64,000 bases of DNA from an uncultured Acidobacteriota bacterium. Lineage in GTDB: Bacteria > Acidobacteriota > Polarisedimenticolia > J045. Shown here one piece after another: positions 27,280 to 35,249 of the stretch; within the stretch, counting starts at the first letter, position 1, and every line of letters starts with the position of its first letter. The notes under the pieces were generated by a model. It was given only the letters and a program-made list of their open reading frames with translations, was not told the DNA's origin and did not search any database. The stretch covers positions 341,495 through 405,494 of the forward strand of contig CAVPCQ010000037.1 of assembly GCA_963702425.1 (NCBI GenBank), in the 5' to 3' direction. A program made the position numbers and the translations under genes.

Positions 27280-28305
27280 TCACCGCGCCGCCGGCCCGGG
27301 ACGCTGGTCCATGCCGTCGCCCGCCAGGGCCGCCAGCACGCGCTCGTGCAGCAGGCCGTTGCTGACGATCACTCCGCGGTTCCGCTCCATCGCGCGCCCA
27401 CCGCCGAACTCGAGCGGCCGCCCGTCGGCGTCGGTCACGCGTCCGCCGGCTTCCTCGACGATCAGCGACCCGGCGGCGTGGTCCCAGATCTTCTCGCGGT
27501 AATCGGGGGAACGCGGCGACGGAAGCCGCAGGTAGAGCGCGGCGTCGCCGCGCGCGAGTGCCCCGTACTTGGCCTGGCTGTCCATCCGCAGCGGGGCCGC
27601 GCTGATGCCGATCGCGCGCGCCACGACCGCGTGCCGGGCCTGGTCGCTGTGAGCGGCCTCGACGCTTTCGGCGAAGCGCAACGCCGGGCCGGCGGCGTCG
27701 CGCGCGACGCGGATCGGGACACCTCCGCCAGAGCCGCCGGCGGCGAGCGGAGCCATCGTCGCCCCCTGCCCGTGGACCGCGACGAAGAGCGCGCCCACCG
27801 GCGCGTCCGGGTCGTCTGCCGCCAGTGGAAGGGCGGGGCAGGCGAGTGCCGCCACCTCGACCCGCCCGTCGACGACCAGCGCGAGCGCGATCGCGTACTG
27901 GTCGCTGCGCAGGAAGCCCTTCGTGCCGTCGATCGGGTCGAGCGTCCAGAAGCGCGGCGCGACCGCACCGCCGCCGGCATCGATCCAGTCGCAGACGTCG
28001 CCCGGGCTCGCGCCGGGGAGCAGCCGCCGCACCTGGTCGGTTACCGCGGCGAGCATCGCGGCGCCCCCCGGAGCACGCAAGGCGTCGGCGTCCTCCTCGC
28101 CGACGATCGCGTCGCCCGGGAAGGCCTTGCGCAGCCGCTGGCAGAGCAGCGCCTGCGACCCGAAGTCCGCGATCGTGACCGGGCTGCGGTCGGCTTTCTC
28201 GAGCGTGGCGGGATCGACCCGCTCGGCCCGCACCGCCGCCGCGAGCTGCGCGGCCCGCGAGACGGCCTCGACCGCGACCTGCCGCTCGAGCGCGAATCCG
28301 CCCAC
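27280..28305 (-). CDS. 3'(2'),5'-bisphosphate nucleotidase, HAL2/SAL1 type
   Basis: KADRSPVTIADFGSQA, GEED, WTLDPIDGTKGF, ESVE, DSQAKY, YREKIWDHAAG. Confidence 0.92.
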   Translation of the reverse strand: MGGFALERQVAVEAVSRAAQLAAAVRAERVDPATLEKADRSPVTIADFGSQALLCQRLRKAFPGDAIVGEEDADALRAPGGAAMLAAVTDQVRRLLPGASPGDVCDWIDAGGGAVAPRFWTLDPIDGTKGFLRSDQYAIALALVVDGRVEVAALACPALPLAADDPDAPVGALFVAVHGQGATMAPLAAGGSGGGVPIRVARDAAGPALRFAESVEAAHSDQARHAVVARAIGISAAPLRMDSQAKYGALARGDAALYLRLPSPRSPDYREKIWDHAAGSLIVEEAGGRVTDADGRPLEFGGGRAMERNRGVIVSNGLLHERVLAALAGDGMDQRPGPAAR

Positions 28306-28309
28306 GGGT

Positions 28310-28432
28310 TCAGCGGTGCAGCGAATCGATCCGCCGGGCGAGCCCGGCGTTCTTCGCCACCAGGCGTCCGACGAAGAGCGCGATCAGCGCGAACCCGGCG
28401 GCATAGCCCCAGAACATCATCGTGGTGCTCAT
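28310..28432 (-). CDS. ccmD: CcmD-like small membrane protein
   Basis: 40 aa MSTTMMFWGYAAGFALIALFVGRLVAKNAGLARRIDSLHR; ATGA overlap with ccmC. Confidence 0.75.
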   Translation of the reverse strand: MSTTMMFWGYAAGFALIALFVGRLVAKNAGLARRIDSLHR

Positions 28433-29145
28433 CGTGCGTTCTCCTCGTGCTCCATCAGCCGCTCGCGCGCCGAGACCGCGTCCTCGAGCTGCGCCGTTCG
28501 CCAGGCTGCGTAGAGCAGCGCGACGTGCATCAGCGTGACGCCGATCATTCCGCAGACGAAGGCGGTCCACATCTCGGGGGCCAGGGCCCCCTCCGCGCCG
28601 CGCTTGAAGATCACCGGGTGGTTCCCGCGCCACCAGTGGACCGACAGGTAGACGACGGGCAGGTTGAGCACCCCGACGATCGCGATCACCGAGGCCAGCC
28701 GGGCGGCCTGCTCGGCGTTGTGCGAGACCTTCCGGACCAGCATCGCGCCGAGGAAGATCAGCCAGGTGATCAGCGAGGTCGTCAGGCGCGGCTCCCAGGT
28801 CCACCAGGTGCCCCACGCCGACCGGGCCCAGATCGGGCCGGTGATCAGCACGATCGTGGCCCAGAGCGTCCCGGTCTCGACCGCGGCCCGGCCGATCTCG
28901 TCCCAGCCCGAACGCCGGGTCGCCAGGTACGCGATCCCGGCGACGCCGGACAGCACGAAGGCCAGCATCGCGTTCGCCGCCGCCGGCACGTGGAAGTAGA
29001 AGATCCGCTGCACGTCGCCCATCACCCTCTCGGTCGGGGCGTACAGCATCGCGCCCCACAGCAGGAGCAGCGCCCCGGCGAGGAACAGCCCCCCGCTGAG
29101 GATCGCGGCCGGCCGGCCGAGCGGGACGGACTTGTCGTCGAACAT
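28429..29145 (-). CDS. ccmC: Heme chaperone loader CcmC
   Basis: QRIFYFHVP, WWD motif GPIWARSAWGTWWTWEPRLT, WWRGNHP. Confidence 0.95.
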   Translation of the reverse strand: MFDDKSVPLGRPAAILSGGLFLAGALLLLWGAMLYAPTERVMGDVQRIFYFHVPAAANAMLAFVLSGVAGIAYLATRRSGWDEIGRAAVETGTLWATIVLITGPIWARSAWGTWWTWEPRLTTSLITWLIFLGAMLVRKVSHNAEQAARLASVIAIVGVLNLPVVYLSVHWWRGNHPVIFKRGAEGALAPEMWTAFVCGMIGVTLMHVALLYAAWRTAQLEDAVSARERLMEHEENAR

Positions 29146-29170
29146 CGTGCGATCTCCCGTGTTCCCGCCG

Positions 29171-29860
29171 CTACTCGACGAGGACCGATTCGAACAGGAT
29201 GGCGCCCAGCGCCAGGTTGAGCCCCAGCGTCGCCACCAGGACCGCCGGCCACGGGGCGGCGCCCGCGAGCGTACCGCCGGCCAGCAGCGTGGCGGTCGTC
29301 ATCGACCCGGCGATCAGGATCGGCGACGCGACCGGCAGGACGAGGATCGACAGCATCGCTTCGCCGCGCCCGAGGCTCGTCGTCAGGCTTCCGAGCAGGG
29401 TGCCCAGCGCGGCCAGCCCGCCCGTGCCCGCCAGCAGGGCCAGCGCGAGCTGTTCCCAGCGGATCCCCGGCGGCAGGTCGAAGAAGACGATCGTCAGCGG
29501 GACGAGCAGCGCTTCGACCGCGAGCCCCAGCAGCAGCCCCTCGAACCACTTGACCGCGAAGAGCGCGGTGCGGTCGAGCGGCGAGAGCAGCAGCCCCTGC
29601 CAGCGCTCCTCGTCGCGGTCGACCAGCAGCGCCCGCGCCTGCCCGACCAGCATCGCGAAGGCGATCGCGGTCCAGAGGATGCCGGGCGCCAGGCGGCGCC
29701 GGTCGTCGGGCCCCAGCTCGGGGAGATTGAAGGTGACGCCTGCGACGACCAGCACGATCATCGCGAACATCAGCATCGGGACGAGCGCCTCGCCCGTCCG
29801 CAGCTCGCGGCGCAGGTCGGCGACGAACAGCGCCGCACTCGCGCGCGCGACGCCGCTCAC
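29171..29860 (-). CDS. ccmB: Heme exporter protein CcmB
   Basis: DLRRELR, APGILW, LLLSP, LAALGTLL, LSILVLPVASPILI; lies between ccmA and ccmC. Confidence 0.88.
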   Translation of the reverse strand: MSGVARASAALFVADLRRELRTGEALVPMLMFAMIVLVVAGVTFNLPELGPDDRRRLAPGILWTAIAFAMLVGQARALLVDRDEERWQGLLLSPLDRTALFAVKWFEGLLLGLAVEALLVPLTIVFFDLPPGIRWEQLALALLAGTGGLAALGTLLGSLTTSLGRGEAMLSILVLPVASPILIAGSMTTATLLAGGTLAGAAPWPAVLVATLGLNLALGAILFESVLVE

Positions 29861-29910
29861 GCGGCTTCTCCGGTGCCGCTCACGCGACAATTGCCGCGGC
29901 CGCTCACGCG
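29852..29910. repeat. Three copies of 12-mer GCCGCTCACGCG at the ccmA-ccmB junction
   Basis: Copies at 29852, 29875 and 29899. Each reads CGCGTGAGCGGC on the minus strand and carries a GTGA start/stop overlap. Confidence 0.8.
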
Positions 29911-30632
29911 GCCGTCCGCGGCGCCGCGACCAGCGCGGTCCAGCCGGCCGCATCGTGGTCGCGGCCGCGCCCAGGGCGGCGATCCGCCCGCGATTCAGCA
30001 CCAGCACCCGGTCGGCCAGCGGCAGCGCCGCCTCGGCGCGGTGGCTGATCATCGCCAGCGTCGACGCCGCGCGCGCGCTGCTCGCCAGTAGCGCGTCGAG
30101 CCGCGCCCGACCCTCCGGGTCGAGGCCGGTCGTCGGCTCGTCGAGCAGCACGAGGCGCGGGGCGTGCTGCAGCGCGCGGGCCAGCGCCAGGCGCTGCATC
30201 ATCCCGCGCGAGAAGCCGCGCACCGGGCGGTGCGCGGCGCGGGCCAGCCCGATCTTCTCGAGCCAGTGCTCGGCCAGCGTCCCGGTGTCGCCGGGCACGC
30301 CGTAGAGCCGCGCGTAGAGCTCGAGGTTCTCGCGGGCGGTCAGGTGGTCGTAGAGGAACGAGCGGTGGCCGAGGAAACCGATCGGCCGCGCGCGCCCGCG
30401 CCGCCTTCGTCCCTCGAGGTCGATCCCGTCGACCAGCACCGTTGCCGGAGGTCGGGCGGGTCAGCCCGGCGGCGAGGCGCAGCAGCGTGGACTTGCCGGC
30501 GCCGTTCGGTCCGAGGACCAGCAGCGCCTCCCCGGGGGCGACCGTCAGCGTGGCTTCCGCCAGGGCCACCACCGCGCCGAAGCGCCGGCCGGCGGACCGG
30601 AACTCGAGCGCGATGCCGGGGGCGGCACTCAC
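29904..30632 (-). pseudogene. ccmA: Heme ABC exporter ATPase CcmA, frameshifted (real or sequencing error)
   Basis: Walker A (GPNGAGKST) is in one frame. Signature (FSRGMMQR), Walker B (LLDEP) and H-loop are in another frame from ~30440. A plausible C-terminus returns to the first frame. Confidence 0.8.
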
Positions 30633-30763
30633 TCCGGCTCGTCTCCGCCGGACGGTGGGGGGGGCGCCGGGACCGGACCTTCCATCTCGCGGAACGCGGG
30701 CGGCAGGACGTACGCCGCCGCGAGGCCCATCAGGACGCCGATCAGGAGCAGCAGCTTGAGCAT
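30629..30763 (-). CDS. 44-aa single-TM protein between ccmF and ccmA
   Basis: MLKLLLLIGVLMGLAAAYVLPPAFREMEGPVPAPPPPSGGDEPE. GAGGGAG SD; its stop overlaps the ccmA GTG. Confidence 0.7.
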   Translation of the reverse strand: MLKLLLLIGVLMGLAAAYVLPPAFREMEGPVPAPPPPSGGDEPE

Positions 30764-30791
30764 CGTCTCCCTCGATTCCGGTCGCGCGCCG

Positions 30792-32817
30792 TCAGGCCGC
30801 GGCGGCGGCCGGTTCGCCGATCCACTCGCACTCGTCGCGCCGCTGCGGCCAGCCGGACACGACGCAGCCGAGGGCCAGGAGCAGGCCGCCGAGCCACAGG
30901 AAGTTGATCAGCGGGTGGACGATCACCTCGAAGGTCCCGCGCCCGCTCGCCACCTCGAGGTTGACCGCGATCACGTAGAAGTCCTCACCGACGCGCCCGA
31001 GCTGCGACAGGCCGCGCGGGACGAGCGTCGGCAGGATCGCGACTTCGGTCGTGGGCTGCTCGGTGCGCTTGTAGATCCGGCGCTGCGGCGTGACGTGCTC
31101 GACCGTGTCCGAGCCGGGGCGCTGCACGCCCAGCCGCATGATCGCGGCGTCGTACTCGGGGCGGTTGACGATGTCGAACCCCTCATAGGTGATGCGGTAG
31201 CCGTCGATCTCGACCGACTGGCCCGGGGCCAGCGCCTCGAAGGTCTGGTCCTTCTTGTAGGCCGACGAGCCGGCGATGCCGATCGCCATGACCGCCACGC
31301 CGATGTGCACGAGGTAGCCGCCGTAGCGGCGCTTGTGACTCGCCACCTGCCGGAACAGCGCCGGGAAGAACCCCTCGCCGGTCGTGCGCCGGCGCTCGGC
31401 GATGTCCTGGACGGCCTGCTGCACGACTGCTCCGAGCACGAAGACGGAGACGACGAAATAGGCCAGCGACCACGGCTCACGCGCCCCGCCGACGAAGCAG
31501 GCGACCCCGGTGGCGAGGCCCGCCGCGGCCGGGAAGAGGAACGCGCGCCCCAACTCCGCGCCGTTCTTGATCCGCCAGCCGACCAGCGGGCCGGTCCCCA
31601 TCAGGAAGAGCAGCAGCAGGAAGAAGGGGCGTGTCGCCTCGGTGAACTGGATCGGCTCCTTGGTCACCTGCTGGCCGGTGAACAGCTCGGAGAAGACCGG
31701 CCACATCGTCAGCACGAAGATCATCAGCGTCAGGCCGACGAGCGCGATGTTCGCGAACAGGAAGGTCCCTTCGCGCGACCAGAACGAGTCGAGCGGCGCC
31801 TTGGCCTTGAGCTTCGGCAGCCGTGCGATGAGCAGCGCGATCGCGAAGGCCGAGCCGGTGCCGAGGAAGAGCATGAACCAGTAGCCGATGTTCGAGCGCT
31901 GGAAGGCGTGCACCGACTGGATGATCCCCGAGCGGGTGATGAAGGTCCCGTAGACGACCATCACGAGCGTGAGGATCACCAGCAGGAAGCTCCAGACCCG
32001 GAACAGACCCTTGCGCTCCTGGATGATCACCGAGTGCAGGTAGGCGGTCAGCGTCAGCCAGGGGAGGAAGCTCGCGTTCTCGACCGGGTCCCAGGCCCAG
32101 AAGCCGCCCCAGCCCAGCTCGAGATAGGCCCAGTAGGCCCCGAGCCAGATCCCGATCGAGAGGAAGGCGAAGGTGAACAGCGTCCAGCGTCGCGTCGCCC
32201 GGACCCAGGCGTTGTCGAGCCGGCCGGCGAACAGGGCCGCGACCGCGAAGGCGAAGGGGATCGTCGCCCCGACGTAGCCGAAGTAGAGCGTCGGGGGGTG
32301 GATCACCATCCAGGGGTTCTGGAGCAGCGGGTTCAGCCCGACCCCGTTGGCCGGGACCTCCATCGCCGGGAAGGTGCGGAACGGGTTGGCGACGAAGGCC
32401 GTGACCGTGATGAAGAACGTCAGCACGCCGGCGAGGGTGGCGTAGACCCACGGCATCAGGTCCTGCGGCGCCCTCGCCGAGCGTGAAGACGACGATCGCG
32501 GAGAAGACCGCGAGCAGAAAGCACCAGAGCAGGAGCGAGCCGTCCTGGCCGCCCCACAGCGCGGACAGCTTGTACATGAAAGGCTGCTCGCGGCTGGAAT
32601 ACTCCGAGACGTAGCGGATCACGAACTGGTCGGTGAGCAGCGCGAGCAGCAGGACGCCGGTCGAGAGCGAGACCAGCACCGCGGTTGCGACGATGCCGCG
32701 CGCGGCGCTCCGGACGAGACCCGGGGAGCGGGTCAGCACCCCGAGCCCGGCCGCGAAGAGGACCCAGACCGAGACGATCAGCGAGACGAGAAGGGCAGCC
32801 TGTCCGAGGGCGGGCAT
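30792..32817 (-). pseudogene. ccmF: Cytochrome c heme lyase CcmF, one frameshift near 32470
   Basis: N-part (WGGQDGSLLLW) is in the frame starting 32817. C-part (GLNPLLQ, HPP, WAYLELGWGGFWAWDPVENAS, SVHAF) is in the frame ending 30792. Span is 3n+1. Confidence 0.9.
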
Positions 32818-32907
32818 CCGATCACTCCGGCGATAGGGCGCGGAAGAATACCCCGGCCCGCGCGCCCCGACACGCTGCCGGCGCCGCGCGGAGGTTCGGG
32901 GGCCCGG

Positions 32908-33348
32908 CTAGGCGCCGGGGCGGGCGGGCGTGCTGCTGGGGTCGGCGGCTTCGTACTTCGAGGGGCACTTGGCGAGCAGCTGCTTGGCCTGGAACACGCC
33001 GTCCTTGCCCATCTGGCCCGAGACGACGACCTGCGAGCCGTCGACGAACGTGTCGGGGATGCGGCCGCCGGCGGTCCGGGAGTCGAAAAAGACCGGAATC
33101 GCCTTGACCCCGCCGTTCCCGCGAATCTGGAACCTCACCGCGAGGCCGGCCGGATCCTTTCCGATCGAGTCGTCGACGACGAACCCGGCCAGGCGAACCG
33201 GGCTGTCGGTCGGCTTCGACAGGTACTCGTCCACTTCGAGGTAGTAGAGCTTCTCTTCCTTGGTGCCGCCGACCGTCCGGGCCATGAGAAACACCATGGA
33301 CGCGACCAGCACCCCCACGAGGACCAGCAGTTTTGGGCTGAACGTCAC
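32908..33348 (-). CDS. ccmE: Heme chaperone CcmE, CxxxY variant
   Basis: N-terminal TM helix, YYLEVDE, VRLAGFV, PDTF, LLAKCPSKY; GAGGAGG SD before the GTG. Confidence 0.92.
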   Translation of the reverse strand: MTFSPKLLVLVGVLVASMVFLMARTVGGTKEEKLYYLEVDEYLSKPTDSPVRLAGFVVDDSIGKDPAGLAVRFQIRGNGGVKAIPVFFDSRTAGGRIPDTFVDGSQVVVSGQMGKDGVFQAKQLLAKCPSKYEAADPSSTPARPGA

Positions 33349-33622
33349 GGCCGGAAACCTCCTCGGAACCCCCTCACATGCTGGACTCCGATCCGTTGAC
33401 CGGCAAGAAGGCGATGAACCCCCGGAGCCGGGCAGGTTATGGAGATTTATTACAGTTATTTTCTCTTGCCCGCAAACCCGGCTTGCCACCGCCGGCTTCG
33501 GCCGGTCCCCGCCGCCGGCCGGTCCCCTCCGCCGGCTGATTCGCCCCGCACGCCGGCACCCCGTTGCACGGTCCGATTCGGGACCTAAATTCAACGGTGG
33601 ACGCTTCATGACCCCCTAACTC

Positions 33623-33659
33623 GGGGAGGCCGGACCCAGCCGGTCTCCCCCATTTTTTT
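33623..33659 (+). terminator. Intrinsic terminator upstream of greA
   Basis: Stem GGGGAGGCCGG / CCGGTCTCCCC, 6-nt loop, followed by CA and T7. Confidence 0.8.
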
Positions 33660-33751
33660 GACCCCGGAGGCCCTTCCGGGCTCCCCGGATGGCCGAACGC
33701 GCGATCCACGCTAGACTGCCCGGTCGTTGCCCAAGGAGCGGTTTTTCCCCG

Positions 33752-34321
33752 ATGCGCCACATCCAGGACAAGATCGAGGCCGAGCTGAAGCTGCTCGACC
33801 GCGAGCTGCGAATCGAGCTCCCCAAGGAGATCGCCCGGGCCACCGCGCTGGGCGACCTGCGCGAGAACGCGGAGTACCACGCCGCCCTCGACCGCCAGCG
33901 CTATGTCCAGGCCCGGATCGCCCACCTCAACCAGCGCCGATCCCAGCTTTCGACCGTGCGTCTCGACCAGATCCCCCGCGATCGGGCAGCCTTCGGCTCG
34001 ATCGTCACGATGCGCGAACTCGACACCGGGGAGGAGCTGGTCTACGAGCTGGTCCTGGGGGACGACGGGGACGCCTCGCTGGGCCGGATCTCCGTCTCGT
34101 CGCCGATCGGCCGCGCGCTCCTGAACCGGCGCCCGGGCGAGGAGGTGACGGTCCGCGTGCCGTCCGGCGAGCGCACCTTCGAGGTGATCGCGCTGAAGAC
34201 GCTGCACGAGCGGGAGGAGATCTCCGGGGCCCGCCCGGCGGGCGGCCGATCCCGGGCGCCGGATGACCCGACGGACGCGGACCCGGACGCGGAAGGGCGA
34301 GTGGGTGAGCCCGGAGTCTGA
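33752..34321 (+). CDS. greA: Transcription elongation factor GreA
   Basis: ARATALGDLRENAEYHAA, FGSIV, ISVSSPIGRALL. TAGACT -10 candidate at 33712. Confidence 0.93.
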   Translation: MRHIQDKIEAELKLLDRELRIELPKEIARATALGDLRENAEYHAALDRQRYVQARIAHLNQRRSQLSTVRLDQIPRDRAAFGSIVTMRELDTGEELVYELVLGDDGDASLGRISVSSPIGRALLNRRPGEEVTVRVPSGERTFEVIALKTLHEREEISGARPAGGRSRAPDDPTDADPDAEGRVGEPGV

Positions 34322-35213
34322 GGCAGGACCGGGGAGGCTGCTCCCCGGCCTGGTGCGTTCCCTTCGCCCGCACCAGTGGACGAAGAACATCTTCGTCTTC
34401 GGAGCGCTCGTCTTCTCGCAGCACCTCTTCGACCGCCGCTCGCTGCTGCTCGCGCTGCTGGCGTTCTTCGTATTCTGCGCGGTCTCGTCGTCGATCTACC
34501 TGACCAACGACATCATGGACCGCGAGCAGGACCGCCTGCACCCGCACAAGAAGCGGCGCCCGATCGCCTCGGGGCAGGTTCCGGTGGGGCTGGCGGCGGG
34601 GCTCGCCCTCGCGCTGTTCGCCCTCGCGGTGGCGCTGGCGCTCTCGCTCGGCCCCCGCTTCCTGGCTGTGGTCCTGCTCTACGCCGGGCTGTCCTACGCC
34701 TACTGCTTCGGACTGAAGCGGCTCGTCATCATCGACGTCATGGTCCTGGCCTCCGGCTACGCCCTGCGGGCGGTCGGCGGGGCGGTCGCGATCCAGGTCC
34801 ACTTCTCGAGCTGGCTGCTCCTTTGCACTTCGCTCCTGGCGCTGTTCCTCGGCTTCTGCAAGCGTCGGCAGGAGCTGACCTTGCTGCAGGAGGGGGCGGT
34901 CGCCCACCGGGCGGTGCTGGCCAACTACACCGTCTCGTTTCTCGACCAGATGATCGCTGTGGTCACGGCGGCGACGCTGATCTCCTACATCTTCTACGCC
35001 CTCTCCGAAGAGGTCGCGGCCCGGCTCGGCACCCACCGGCTGGGCTTCACGATTCCGTTCGTCCTGTACGGGATTTTCCGCTACTTCTACCTGGTCCACA
35101 TCCGCGGCGAGGGAGGACGCCCGGCGCGCGAGGTGCTGGCCGACACCCCGCTGCTGGTCAACGTCGTGTTCTACGGGGCGGCCGTCGTCCTGATCCTCTA
35201 CTGGTTCCCGTAG
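34305..35213 (+). CDS. UbiA-family decaprenyl-phosphate phosphoribosyltransferase-like protein
   Basis: LRPHQWTKN, YLTNDIMDREQDRLHPHKKRRPIASG, KRRQEL, TIPFVLYGIFRY. Confidence 0.88.
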   Translation: MSPESEAGPGRLLPGLVRSLRPHQWTKNIFVFGALVFSQHLFDRRSLLLALLAFFVFCAVSSSIYLTNDIMDREQDRLHPHKKRRPIASGQVPVGLAAGLALALFALAVALALSLGPRFLAVVLLYAGLSYAYCFGLKRLVIIDVMVLASGYALRAVGGAVAIQVHFSSWLLLCTSLLALFLGFCKRRQELTLLQEGAVAHRAVLANYTVSFLDQMIAVVTAATLISYIFYALSEEVAARLGTHRLGFTIPFVLYGIFRYFYLVHIRGEGGRPAREVLADTPLLVNVVFYGAAVVLILYWFP

Positions 35214-35249
35214 GCGTTTCACCGTATCTCTTGCCGGAAGGGGCAGGCG

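Noticed and set aside
29852-29910. Regularly spaced repeats as a CRISPR array
   Set aside because: Repeats are 12 nt with 11-12 nt spacers, far too short, and there are no cas genes.
29171-30439. Apparent CcmA-CcmB fusion ORF
   Set aside because: It lacks the Walker A motif and is best explained by indels; ccmB has its own GTG and ccmA has a plausible stop at 29904.
33471-33488. Minus-strand TGGCAAGCCGGGTTTGC upstream of ccmE as a sigma-54 promoter
   Set aside because: GG to GC spacing is 12 nt rather than the required 10.
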